DNA of 64,000 bases, taken from the IMG/VR virus record IMGVR_UViG_3300030099_006944, positions 123,356 through 187,355 of that record, one strand, 5' to 3'. Below the pieces are notes generated by a model, which saw only the letters and a program-made list of their open reading frames with translations, did not search any database and was not told the DNA's origin. Below are positions 53,751-61,878 of the stretch, piece by piece. Within the stretch, counting starts at the first letter, position 1, and every line of letters starts with the position of its first letter. The DNA comes from a virus. A program made the translations under genes and the position numbers.

Positions 53751-53905
53751 AATCAGGAGACTTGGTAATGACCAAAAGCACAAAAGAAATAGGTATCGTT
53801 GTCAGTGCATCTTCGACACACTGTGCAGTCTTTATTCACAAGAACAGGACGAAGAAAGTGAACCTAACATTCCGTATCCATAAGGATCTATTGGAGGTAA
53901 TATGA
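53747..53905 (+). CDS. 52-aa SH3/KOW-like protein
   Basis: Hand-translated MKSGDLV...IGIVV...LLEVI*. Confidence 0.7.
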   Translation: MKSGDLVMTKSTKEIGIVVSASSTHCAVFIHKNRTKKVNLTFRIHKDLLEVI

Positions 53906-54042
53906 AAGTAGGTGATTTAGTTTATTATGGCTACGACAAGTCTGTCGGTGTTGTCATAGAAGTTAAGGAAAATGGAGATTGCCGTTGTGTTTTCGATGGG
54001 ATAATCTATCTATGCGCCCAGCAATCATTGGAGGTAATATGA
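53902..54042 (+). CDS. 46-aa SH3/KOW-like protein
   Basis: Hand-translated MKVGDLV...VGVVI...SLEVI*. Confidence 0.7.
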   Translation: MKVGDLVYYGYDKSVGVVIEVKENGDCRCVFDGIIYLCAQQSLEVI

Positions 54043-54236
54043 AAACAGGTGACTTGGTATCTTGGTCTTTATCTTGGGTCGTGAGTTGTTCGGACGTTAA
54101 TAAAGAAATGTATCGTAACCAACTCGGTTTCATACTACGCAAGTCAGAAGATATAACAAACTGCTGGTTTGTGCTCTGGGATGATGGAAAAACAAGTGAA
54201 GTGCATAAAGATTATTTGGAGGTAATATGCGAATAG
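54039..54236 (+). CDS. 65-aa SH3/KOW-like protein
   Basis: MKTGDLV...VLWDDG...LEVICE*. Confidence 0.7.
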   Translation: MKTGDLVSWSLSWVVSCSDVNKEMYRNQLGFILRKSEDITNCWFVLWDDGKTSEVHKDYLEVICE

Positions 54237-54382
54237 GTGATCTAGTTAGGCATAAGGAACACCATGGTTACATGGGAATAGTAGTGGAACTCGGCTTTCG
54301 AGACATGCTTGTTGCTTGGCACGATGGAGAGTTATCTTGGACTTACAAAAGTCAGATGGAGGTGATAAATGAAAGTGGGTGA
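54227..54382 (+). CDS. 51-aa SH3/KOW-like protein
   Basis: Hand-translated MRIGDLV...VAWHDG...MEVINESG*. Confidence 0.7.
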   Translation: MRIGDLVRHKEHHGYMGIVVELGFRDMLVAWHDGELSWTYKSQMEVINESG

Positions 54383-54575
54383 TTTAGTTATGTGGATACA
54401 ACAAGACCACCATCATGGAATGATTGGGGTTATCGTAGATATAGAAACACCAGAGAGCAACCCAGCATTTAACAGAACCATGTATGATGTTCTGTGGGCT
54501 GATGGTGTTGTAGGGTTTGAACTCTACGCTAGCGAACTTATGGTGGTGGAAGATGAAGAAATCTCCACAGTTTGA
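54369..54575 (+). CDS. 68-aa SH3/KOW-like protein
   Basis: MKVGDLV...VLWADG. Confidence 0.7.
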   Translation: MKVGDLVMWIQQDHHHGMIGVIVDIETPESNPAFNRTMYDVLWADGVVGFELYASELMVVEDEEISTV

Positions 54576-54750
54576 GATCGGTGATCTCGTCGAGTTCAGA
54601 TATGACCTTTTATATCAACAGTTGGTCGGTATCGTTACCTATTACTATATGTACAACGGGCATTTGTGGTACAAAGTTCAATGGGCTAATGGCAAAGAAC
54701 AGGATATAGCCGAGATAGAGCTAAAAAAAGTAAAAACGGACAAAAAATGA
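54553..54750 (+). CDS. SH3/KOW-like protein
   Basis: FEIGDLV...VQWANG. Confidence 0.65.
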   Translation: MKKSPQFEIGDLVEFRYDLLYQQLVGIVTYYYMYNGHLWYKVQWANGKEQDIAEIELKKVKTDKK

Positions 54751-54780
54751 CCTTGCTTTTTCAGCAGGGTATGATACATT
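54738..54780 (+). promoter_or_regulatory. Early-type promoter P2
   Basis: GGAC-N7-GACC, TTGCTT-16-TACATT. Confidence 0.8.
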
Positions 54781-54811
54781 ATTAGTATAACCAACAAACA
54801 GGAGGTGTCCA

Positions 54812-55183
54812 ATGGGATACAGATCAGACGTTGCAATAGCAATACACAAAGACTTACAAGGTGATTTCCTCACCTTCCTCAACACAGAAGAACTCATGGC
54901 TGAAATCTTCGGAGATGACTCTTACTTTAGTTTAGACAAGGACTACAAAGGCGAAGGGCACTGGCTCTTTACAGCCGAGGACATCAAGTGGTACGCAACT
55001 TGGGATGAGTTCGCAGACATTCAGATGTTCGAGAAGTTTATGGACGCTATGGAAGAGGAAGAAGAGAAAAGAGAGAAGTATCGTTTCATCCGCATTGGCG
55101 AAGAACTCGAAGATATAGAGTATCGTGGCGATTGGTACGAAAGTGAGATCCATGTCAAGCGTGAAATACAAGTGGGGTGGTAA
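54812..55183 (+). CDS. Hypothetical acidic protein
   Basis: MGYRSDVAIAI..., GGAGG SD. Confidence 0.7.
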   Translation: MGYRSDVAIAIHKDLQGDFLTFLNTEELMAEIFGDDSYFSLDKDYKGEGHWLFTAEDIKWYATWDEFADIQMFEKFMDAMEEEEEKREKYRFIRIGEELEDIEYRGDWYESEIHVKREIQVGW

Positions 55184-55185
55184 TC

Positions 55186-55344
55186 ATGAATGTAGGTGAT
55201 TTAGTAAGATACAAAGATGATGATGACATCGGTGTTATCATGTGGATTGGTACAACCAAACTTAGTTATTATATTCAGTGGGCTGACGGCACAGATGGCT
55301 TCCACATAGCAAGCGAATTCGAGGTGATAAATGAAAGTGGGTGA
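55186..55344 (+). CDS. 52-aa SH3/KOW-like protein
   Basis: Hand-translated MNVGDLV...IQWADG...FEVINESG*. Confidence 0.7.
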   Translation: MNVGDLVRYKDDDDIGVIMWIGTTKLSYYIQWADGTDGFHIASEFEVINESG

Positions 55345-55495
55345 TTTAGTAAGTCCCAAGCACACAAAGTGGCTATTTGGTATTGTCGTTAGGCAACCAA
55401 TGGAACACGGAGTACTATGGATGATCCAGTGGAGCAATGAAAAGCGTAGTTTGGAACGAAAAGAGAACTTGGAGGTGATACATGGAAGTAGGTGA
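55331..55495 (+). CDS. 54-aa SH3/KOW-like protein
   Basis: Hand-translated MKVGDLV...IQWSN...LEVIHGSR*. Confidence 0.7.
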   Translation: MKVGDLVSPKHTKWLFGIVVRQPMEHGVLWMIQWSNEKRSLERKENLEVIHGSR

Positions 55496-55631
55496 TTTAA
55501 TTAAGAGGCGTAATAATGGAGACTTGGCGATAGTTCTCAAAATCTCCAAGCGGAGAGTGAAGATAATGCGTCTTTCCTGTGGAAACACCCAGTGCGTCTG
55601 GGATTATGAATATGAGGTGATAAATGGCTAA
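55482..55631 (+). CDS. 49-aa SH3/KOW-like protein
   Basis: Hand-translated MEVGDLI...YEVING*. Confidence 0.65.
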   Translation: MEVGDLIKRRNNGDLAIVLKISKRRVKIMRLSCGNTQCVWDYEYEVING

Positions 55632-55923
55632 CATATATTGGAACAAAGAGAAAGCCCCGTTTGACGAGGCAGAAGAAAAAATAAAACCCTTGGTGATAGA
55701 GTGTACGGATAGTGCCTTCTTCATTAAGAAACATTCGGGAGACTGCGGTACTACCATGAATGTATATGCGGAGACTGATGATCCAGAAGTCTCCTCATGG
55801 CATACTCGCCTCCCAGCCCAGTTCATGGGCTGGCGTGTGTTGATGTACAACTGCCCCACGGGCTACATAAAAGCGTTTCTTGACGTTAAGAAGGAGGATA
55901 ACGATGATGTTTCAGGTTGGTGA
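55624..55923 (+). CDS. Hypothetical protein
   Basis: GAGG SD, 99 aa. Confidence 0.6.
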   Translation: MANIYWNKEKAPFDEAEEKIKPLVIECTDSAFFIKKHSGDCGTTMNVYAETDDPEVSSWHTRLPAQFMGWRVLMYNCPTGYIKAFLDVKKEDNDDVSGW

Positions 55924-56101
55924 TTTAGTAAGGATTAAGTATGGCTTCACAGACAGCGACAGCAATGAGTTCGATTGGATAGGCATGATACTCTCCTACC
56001 GTGGCAAGAGTGGGCTAGACAACGAGGACGAGTGGATAGTGCAGTGGGCACATGCTGCACATGAAGCAGTCGAATACGGCTACTACTTGGAGGTAATATG
56101 A
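55904..56101 (+). CDS. SH3/KOW-like protein
   Basis: FQVGDLV...VQWAH...LEVI*. Confidence 0.7.
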   Translation: MMFQVGDLVRIKYGFTDSDSNEFDWIGMILSYRGKSGLDNEDEWIVQWAHAAHEAVEYGYYLEVI

Positions 56102-56247
56102 AAGTAGGTGATTTGGTCAGAATGACCCAGTATCACTACTGGGGTCTGGGTATAGTGGTGGCTCTCGATGAAGATGTAGCCGCATTTATCCGTTGGGCTG
56201 ATGGTCGCGGCGGGGGGAGATACATAGAAGATTTGGAGAAACTATGA
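56098..56247 (+). CDS. 49-aa SH3/KOW-like protein
   Basis: Hand-translated MKVGDLV...IRWADG...LEKL*. Confidence 0.7.
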   Translation: MKVGDLVRMTQYHYWGLGIVVALDEDVAAFIRWADGRGGGRYIEDLEKL

Positions 56248-56519
56248 TTAAAATAAACAGAAATAAAAAAGCCATTCAGATCGGGGAACTGGTCATTGTA
56301 AAGAAATGGGTAACAAACAAGGGCTATGTTTATTCCGACAGGATTGGAATAGTCATGGCTGATGAAGGTGTCGATGAACTCGGGCAAGAACAATGGGGTC
56401 GTTGGCACGTAGCGTTGGAGAATGGAGATTACATTGGCTGTTCGTCCAACGAGATCGAAGTAATACAGGAGGTGGACGATGGATCTGATAGAACTACAGC
56501 TCTCAGTGAGAACCATTGA
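56244..56519 (+). CDS. SH3/KOW-like protein
   Basis: IQIGELV...IGIV...IEVI. Confidence 0.6.
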   Translation: MIKINRNKKAIQIGELVIVKKWVTNKGYVYSDRIGIVMADEGVDELGQEQWGRWHVALENGDYIGCSSNEIEVIQEVDDGSDRTTALSENH

Positions 56520-56685
56520 TATATTGCAAAAGGTTGGCGTTTGGCATGTTGAGGACATCTTAGAGAAAATGAAGACAGACCCCACCAGTATGACACTAGC
56601 CTTGGCTAAAATAAATGCAAAAGACTTCGCCGAGATTACGGGGGAGATAGGAAAACGGACAAAAGTTGTCCTCGACAATCCTTGA
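56479..56685 (+). CDS. Stand-alone RNA polymerase alpha-CTD-like protein
   Basis: LIELQLSVRTIDILQKVGVWHVEDIL...KINAKDFAEI matches LELSVRxxNxLxxxGIxxVxDL pattern; GGAGG SD. Confidence 0.65.
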   Translation: MDLIELQLSVRTIDILQKVGVWHVEDILEKMKTDPTSMTLALAKINAKDFAEITGEIGKRTKVVLDNP

Positions 56686-56699
56686 AAACAGGATACATT
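56657..56699 (+). promoter_or_regulatory. Early-type promoter P3
   Basis: GGAC-N7-GTCC, TCGACA-16-TACATT. Confidence 0.8.
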
Positions 56700-56731
56700 A
56701 TTAACATAACCCAAACGACTTGGAGGTCGAA

Positions 56732-57703
56732 ATGAAAATATACGAAGATCGCGATAGCAATAAACGAACAACTCATTGCCCTACCTGTGGCAATGAAGGT
56801 CACATGTGGATGACTTGCCCTGTTCCAGCCAAAATGATGGAGTTAAAGAAACAAGGCAAAGAGCCTGACATAAGCCTGTTTTCCACTTGGTATCAGGGTT
56901 CTTACTCCCGTAGGGATACTAATGGTAAACTTGTTTATCACGACCGCATTTTTAGCCAAATGAGATCAGCCTACGACAAACAACAACGTCGGATAGAGTA
57001 CAGAAAAGAAAAGAAAGCCCGTAAAGAACGGCTCTACGGCAAACCTGCAAAGCGTAAAGTTTCTTGTGGGTTCTGCGGAGAGACTGGGCATAACCGTAGG
57101 CACTGTGATCTAATGGTCAACTTTGTTGATGATCTCGAACGAGCCTCTCAGAACTATCGCAAGCAGTTCTACGAGCGTTTTGTCAAAGGTATGGGCTTCG
57201 CCGAAGGTGCTCTACTCAGCTTAAGTGCAAGTCATTTCATGATTAACAACCGATGGATAGAAGATTGGTCTGGTATTGGAGTTATCACTAGAATAAGTTG
57301 GGAAGATGTTAACATGGGTCTAACTATGAATAGTTGGGATTACAAATCCACTTTGGAAGTGGACTGCCTTATCGATGGAGAAACCTATACAATAAAAAAT
57401 CCCTTTTCCCACCTAAGCGACAAAGCACTCAACGGCGATGTAGCTGATCTGTTCAGCAGCGGTAGCAGATGGGGTGCTCGAATAGACAGCGTACTAGCAC
57501 CTAGCGAGAACATTCCTTCGGAAGAATGGTTTAACGATGGTTACACCGAGTGTTGGGAGTGGATAGCAAAGAACAAATCTTTGTCAGATGTTTCAGCCTA
57601 CCTATCTCCCCTGATAGCCAAGTGGCATCCATCCCGTAGAGGTCGCAATGCAGGAAAGTTGAACTACCGATTGTCCCAGTATGGCTATAAAAGACCAAAG
57701 TAG
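56732..57703 (+). CDS. Double CCHC zinc-knuckle protein (paralog A)
   Basis: CPTCGNEGHMWMTC and CGFCGETGHNRRHC. Confidence 0.8.
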   Translation: MKIYEDRDSNKRTTHCPTCGNEGHMWMTCPVPAKMMELKKQGKEPDISLFSTWYQGSYSRRDTNGKLVYHDRIFSQMRSAYDKQQRRIEYRKEKKARKERLYGKPAKRKVSCGFCGETGHNRRHCDLMVNFVDDLERASQNYRKQFYERFVKGMGFAEGALLSLSASHFMINNRWIEDWSGIGVITRISWEDVNMGLTMNSWDYKSTLEVDCLIDGETYTIKNPFSHLSDKALNGDVADLFSSGSRWGARIDSVLAPSENIPSEEWFNDGYTECWEWIAKNKSLSDVSAYLSPLIAKWHPSRRGRNAGKLNYRLSQYGYKRPK

Positions 57704-57745
57704 GACATTTTCTGTCCTTGCTTTTTCCGAATACCATGATACATT
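57703..57745 (+). promoter_or_regulatory. Early-type promoter P4
   Basis: GGAC-N7-GTCC, TTGCTT-16-TACATT. Confidence 0.8.
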
Positions 57746-57775
57746 TATAGTATAACCCAAACAGCGGAGGACAAA

Positions 57776-58003
57776 ATGCTGGTAGAAGTTGGAGATATGA
57801 TATATTGGTTAGATGGTGCTGGTGAAACCGACATAGGGTGGGTAGTTTCTGTGGAAAGACGTAGTCCCCTCGGATACGGCGAACTAGAAAACCTCATTCA
57901 TATAAGGTGGTTATTCAAGGAAGAACGCAAGAAGCGCATCTGGGAACAAACTATTAAGGAAAACAGTTTTATAACACTAATAAAAGGAGGTCAGCATGGC
58001 TGA
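57776..58003 (+). CDS. SH3/KOW-like protein
   Basis: VEVGDMI...IGWVV...IRW. Confidence 0.65.
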   Translation: MLVEVGDMIYWLDGAGETDIGWVVSVERRSPLGYGELENLIHIRWLFKEERKKRIWEQTIKENSFITLIKGGQHG

Positions 58004-58277
58004 ACCAATGGACAAAATAGAAGTAATAATGAAAACTGCCAAAATGCTGGCAGATGAAAACCGCGGAGAATGGTCAGGTGATGTTCATGAGTTTGCCACA
58101 GCAAGCGCATATATCACCTCTGACGAGCGTTTGTGGCTGACGAGCCATGATGTTAAGGTGTTCCACAAAGAACTCAAAGATGGGGCTTTTGTGAGCGAAT
58201 ATGCCTATGTTTCAGCCTCATATGCAGATGGGCAACCTCTGCTAGTCGTAACAGATGTAGACACAGGGAAGGTGTAG
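57996..58277 (+). CDS. Hypothetical protein
   Basis: GGAGG SD, 93 aa. Confidence 0.6.
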   Translation: MAEPMDKIEVIMKTAKMLADENRGEWSGDVHEFATASAYITSDERLWLTSHDVKVFHKELKDGAFVSEYAYVSASYADGQPLLVVTDVDTGKV

Positions 58278-58278
58278 C

Positions 58279-58485
58279 ATGTACAGATACAAAATAGGGG
58301 AACTGGTCGAACTGTCTGCGGCTGGTCGGAAAAGAGATCACAACGACAAGGTTTATGACATGATAGGAATGGTTCTCAGGATAGACAACATGGAAAAATA
58401 CCCCTACATTATCCAGTGGTTCGGAAATGTTCCATATGGAACATTTCCGATGAAAGAATATGAGATCAAACGGGTTCGAGGATAG
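58279..58485 (+). CDS. SH3-like protein, paralog of 60354
   Basis: GELVELSAAGRK...PYIIQW...YEIKR. Confidence 0.7.
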   Translation: MYRYKIGELVELSAAGRKRDHNDKVYDMIGMVLRIDNMEKYPYIIQWFGNVPYGTFPMKEYEIKRVRG

Positions 58486-58502
58486 CGAGTGAATAGCAAA
58501 GC

Positions 58503-58545
58503 GGACATTTTTTGTCCTCGACAAATCGTCGGAACGTGATACATT
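58503..58545 (+). promoter_or_regulatory. Early-type promoter P5
   Basis: GGAC-N7-GTCC, TCGACA-16-TACATT. Confidence 0.8.
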
Positions 58546-58576
58546 ACTAACATAACCCAAAACAACGGAGGCAACA

Positions 58577-58840
58577 ATGCCAAAACGTAAACCAAAAATG
58601 ACTGATTTAGAGGCTACAATGATAGCTGAAGGCGCACAGGAAGCAGAAAGCGATGAGCAATACATAGCCGCTTGGCAACATCTTATAGACACGGGACTTG
58701 CATGGTCTTTGCAAGGTTTCTTCGGTCGCACCGCTTCTGTTATGATACAGAACGGCTTGTGTTACATGCCTATCAAGAAGCAACCTAAAAAGCCAAAGTC
58801 CACAGGTGGACAAACCCCTAGAACTCCAGAGGAAAAGTAA
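58577..58840 (+). CDS. Hypothetical phage protein
   Basis: WQHLIDTGLAWSLQGFFGRTA; GGAGG SD. Confidence 0.7.
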   Translation: MPKRKPKMTDLEATMIAEGAQEAESDEQYIAAWQHLIDTGLAWSLQGFFGRTASVMIQNGLCYMPIKKQPKKPKSTGGQTPRTPEEK

Positions 58841-58841
58841 A

Positions 58842-59738
58842 ATGAATATATATAACAACGATGGAAAATCATCCAGCAGACGAAAATCAAAATGTTCCTA
58901 CTGCCGAGCAGAAGGGCACAACGCAACCGAGTGTCCCCGTGTAGCCGAGGACTATGCTTGGTTCTCCCAGTCCCCTCCCGTGATACCCATAGGGGTAAGT
59001 AAGTCTACTGCTACCTGCCAATGGTACAGCAACCCGAAGTATTGGGGAGAGTGGTATCAAAAGTGCATTGACGCTCATGCAAAGCAAGAAGCCGCTAAAA
59101 AGAAAATCAAGTCCTCTCCTGCTGGGAGTGCTAGGTCAGCCCCCAAGTGTGGGTTCTGTGGCTCGATACACCACAACCGCCGCAACTGTGATGCTATGAC
59201 AGACTACACAGCCGATGCTATAGCTGCTAATCGAAACTGGCGAAGGGCTTTCTATGAAAAGTTTGTACAAGAAATGGGTATCTCCGAAGGAGCGTTGTTG
59301 AATGTTGCACAAAAGCAAGGATATGGCAACCCCGACAAAGAGACAATCGCTGTCGTTACAGCAGTCAACTGGGATGAACTGTCGTTATTCTGTGGTTCTC
59401 CTAACACCAGCGGATACTGCTATCGTGACGAGAACTACAAGCAGTATCTCAAAGTCACTGTTCAAATAGGGAGCGACACTCATACCTTGAACTTTGAGAA
59501 AGGCATTGATCACCGTATATCCAACAAAACCAAGAGGAACTTGGTCAAGTTCTCGGGACAACGATACGGCTGGGGCAATCCGCATTTCATATCAGTACTC
59601 TCAGCAGCACCAACTCCCCTTGGTGCGGAGTGGATAAATGAAGGGCATGCCAAGGCTATGGAGTTCTTAACGAAAAAACGCTCCAAAGCAAAACTCGATG
59701 AAGCTGATGTGACCGACCTTATCAAACTATGGCTGTAA
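58842..59738 (+). CDS. Double CCHC zinc-knuckle protein (paralog B)
   Basis: CSYCRAEGHNATEC and CGFCGSIHHNRRNC. Confidence 0.8.
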   Translation: MNIYNNDGKSSSRRKSKCSYCRAEGHNATECPRVAEDYAWFSQSPPVIPIGVSKSTATCQWYSNPKYWGEWYQKCIDAHAKQEAAKKKIKSSPAGSARSAPKCGFCGSIHHNRRNCDAMTDYTADAIAANRNWRRAFYEKFVQEMGISEGALLNVAQKQGYGNPDKETIAVVTAVNWDELSLFCGSPNTSGYCYRDENYKQYLKVTVQIGSDTHTLNFEKGIDHRISNKTKRNLVKFSGQRYGWGNPHFISVLSAAPTPLGAEWINEGHAKAMEFLTKKRSKAKLDEADVTDLIKLWL

Positions 59739-59742
59739 AATC

Positions 59743-59785
59743 GGTCATTTTCTGTCCTCGACAAATCTTCAAATCGTGATACATT
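59743..59785 (+). promoter_or_regulatory. Early-type promoter P6
   Basis: GGTC-N7-GTCC, TCGACA-16-TACATT. Confidence 0.8.
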
Positions 59786-59816
59786 ACTAATATAACCCAA
59801 ACAACAGGAGGCTCTT

Positions 59817-60014
59817 ATGGACTACCAAACTCGAAATGGAGAACAGGCTGGTGACCTTGTTCACTGGACTGACTACACCGCTAACTACTTTGAAGATCCT
59901 CAGGATTACATTGGAATTATCCTAGACTACTCCCCTAGAGAGGACATGTTCATTGTTCTCTGTGAAGGAAAGCAGTGCTCTTGGCTTGCTTGGCAATGTG
60001 AGGTGGTGTCATGA
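59817..60014 (+). CDS. SH3/KOW-like protein
   Basis: AGDLV...IGIIL...CEVV. Confidence 0.65.
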   Translation: MDYQTRNGEQAGDLVHWTDYTANYFEDPQDYIGIILDYSPREDMFIVLCEGKQCSWLAWQCEVVS

Positions 60015-60172
60015 AGATAGGCGATTTAGTAAAAGGCAAGAAGAACGAAATACTCGGCTATGTAACGAACAATCGGATCTCTTATGGGGAAAAATGGGTC
60101 GTAGTCTATTGGCTCAAAGTAGAACTCCAATCAATACAGCATATCGACGACTTGGAGGTAATATGCAAATAG
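60011..60172 (+). CDS. 53-aa SH3/KOW-like protein
   Basis: Hand-translated MKIGDLV...VYW...LEVICK*. Confidence 0.7.
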   Translation: MKIGDLVKGKKNEILGYVTNNRISYGEKWVVVYWLKVELQSIQHIDDLEVICK

Positions 60173-60366
60173 GTGATTTAGTAGATGATGGGTTTGGTTG
60201 CTTCGGTGTAATCACTGCGCTTGGATGGATTTTTCCTGAGAGTGTAAGCGGAAAGATCGCGGCTTATCATGTCCACTTCCCAACAGATCCCGCCCTCAAC
60301 GGGTGGTATGAATACAATGACTTAAAACTTATTTCCCGAACTGTGGAGGAAACATGCAAAAAATAA
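60163..60366 (+). CDS. SH3/KOW-like protein
   Basis: MQIGDLV...FGVIT. Confidence 0.7.
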   Translation: MQIGDLVDDGFGCFGVITALGWIFPESVSGKIAAYHVHFPTDPALNGWYEYNDLKLISRTVEETCKK

Positions 60367-60569
60367 AAAATGGAGAACTGGTCGAACTTTCTTCAGCTGG
60401 TCGAAAAATGAAACAGAACGATGAGGTGGTAGGGCTGTGGGGCATGGTCATGGAATACGACAGTACAAATCGACACCCTTATAGAATACAGTGGTATAAA
60501 GCCGATGGAACTACAAAGAAGTTCCCTATGGCTCGATATGAAATCAAAAGATTTAGAGGTGTGAAATGA
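60354..60569 (+). CDS. SH3-like protein, paralog of 58279
   Basis: GELVELSSAGRK...PYRIQW...YEIKR. Confidence 0.7.
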   Translation: MQKIKNGELVELSSAGRKMKQNDEVVGLWGMVMEYDSTNRHPYRIQWYKADGTTKKFPMARYEIKRFRGVK

Positions 60570-60742
60570 AGGTTGGAGATTTAGTGAGATATGGTGGAAG
60601 CAAAGATTGCTTGGGGATTGTCACGAGGGTCGTAACATCAAAAGCAGTTGACAGAAGCGCATGCGCTGTACGCTGGGCGAATGGAGTGACAAGTCACCAT
60701 TCAACAAAGTGGCTCATCCCCGTGAAGCCGGAGAACAAATGA
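60566..60742 (+). CDS. 58-aa SH3/KOW-like protein
   Basis: Hand-translated MKVGDLV...LGIVT...VRWANG. Confidence 0.7.
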   Translation: MKVGDLVRYGGSKDCLGIVTRVVTSKAVDRSACAVRWANGVTSHHSTKWLIPVKPENK

Positions 60743-60746
60743 AAGC

Positions 60747-60789
60747 GGTCATTTTCTGTCCTTGACTTTTTCTCACAATCGGATAGATT
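60747..60789 (+). promoter_or_regulatory. Early-type promoter P7
   Basis: GGTC-N7-GTCC, TTGACT-16-TAGATT. Confidence 0.75.
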
Positions 60790-60819
60790 ATTATTGTAAC
60801 CCAAACAAACGGAGGTCTT

Positions 60820-61011
60820 ATGGACTACCAAATCGGCTCAAAACTAAAAGTAAACTTTTCTGGAAAGACAGAGATTGTCTATGTTATAGAAAAGAGTGAT
60901 AACATCTTCGACACAGGCTCTAAGGGATTTGTAGCGTACATCGAGTGTGATGGCTACACTGTTGACTGCTGGGCTTATGACTTTGATATATTGGAGGTTC
61001 TATGCAAGTAG
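60820..61011 (+). CDS. SH3-like protein
   Basis: YQIGSKL...ILEVL; GGAGG SD. Confidence 0.6.
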   Translation: MDYQIGSKLKVNFSGKTEIVYVIEKSDNIFDTGSKGFVAYIECDGYTVDCWAYDFDILEVLCK

Positions 61012-61187
61012 GGGATTTAGTAAAATGCGCTTTGGATATCTATGGAATAGGTATTGTTATCAAAACTGGGGTGAAAGTAGGCTACAGGCAAAGAATAAAA
61101 GTCCAGTGGCTCAATCCTCCCGAATGGCTCTTGACGAGTGGCGGGAACATAGCCAGCCACTTTCCCAGTAACTTGGAGGCAATATGA
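61002..61187 (+). CDS. SH3/KOW-like protein
   Basis: MQVGDLV...IGIVI...VQW...LEAI*. Confidence 0.7.
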   Translation: MQVGDLVKCALDIYGIGIVIKTGVKVGYRQRIKVQWLNPPEWLLTSGGNIASHFPSNLEAI

Positions 61188-61405
61188 TTTTTAATGTAAC
61201 AAAGTACGTTTATGTACTCCAAATACGATATAGCGGTAATGAGGACGATGTTTATGTTTTCTCCACAAGAGAAAAGGCAGAAGCAATGGTCTATGAGTTC
61301 TTTGAGCACATCGAAGAACCGAGAATGAAACTCGATGACTTTGAGGAATACTTATTCTCTCAGGACATTGGCTACTTTACTATTGAAAGACAAGAAATAC
61401 AATAA
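61184..61405 (+). CDS. Hypothetical protein
   Basis: VYVL...VFSTREKAE pattern. Confidence 0.65.
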   Translation: MIFNVTKYVYVLQIRYSGNEDDVYVFSTREKAEAMVYEFFEHIEEPRMKLDDFEEYLFSQDIGYFTIERQEIQ

Positions 61406-61415
61406 GGAGGCTCTC

Positions 61416-61613
61416 ATGAGCAATCAAATAAAACTAACAATCGATATATCCGATGAACTTTTGAATAAAATAATAACCGTGATAGCCCTGTCTGGTGCTA
61501 CTCCCCCAACCCCGATGGGCGGTGTACCTATGGTAATGCAGAAAAGCCCAGCTAAAGAACCAGAGCGTCCTTCTATGGGCTTCCAGCCTCCAACAAAGGA
61601 AGGTGACAAATGA
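61416..61613 (+). CDS. 65-aa protein with Pro-rich tail
   Basis: AGGAGG SD before ATG 61416. Confidence 0.6.
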   Translation: MSNQIKLTIDISDELLNKIITVIALSGATPPTPMGGVPMVMQKSPAKEPERPSMGFQPPTKEGDK

Positions 61614-61792
61614 CCCCTTTTGAGAAAGCCGCCTACAACGTCAAGCAGTTGGCTATAAGACTGAGCCTGTATCAGTTAATGTTACAGACAGTCGAAGACA
61701 CCAAGGACTTAGATGAAAAAGAGGCTGATTTAGTGTGGGAAGTTATTTTGGCAATGCTGGAAGCCTCCGACCTTGGGGGAGAAATCAACTAG
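61610..61792 (+). CDS. Hypothetical helical protein
   Basis: ATGA overlap, 60 aa. Confidence 0.55.
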   Translation: MTPFEKAAYNVKQLAIRLSLYQLMLQTVEDTKDLDEKEADLVWEVILAMLEASDLGGEIN

Positions 61793-61793
61793 T

Positions 61794-61846
61794 GGACATT
61801 TTTTGACCCTTTTTGACTTGACAAATCAGCTAGAACCTGATAAGCT
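61794..61846 (+). promoter_or_regulatory. Early-type promoter P8 with displaced palindrome
   Basis: GGAC-N7-GACC, then TTGACA-17-TAAGCT 9 bp downstream. Confidence 0.7.
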
Positions 61847-61878
61847 ATAGATATAACCCAAACAGATGGAGGTCGAAA

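Noticed and set aside
53747-56247. CRISPR or integron attC array from the ~30-nt junction repeats
   Set aside because: Repeats are degenerate, protein-coding and non-palindromic; no cas or integrase is present; kept only as a cassette-array hypothesis
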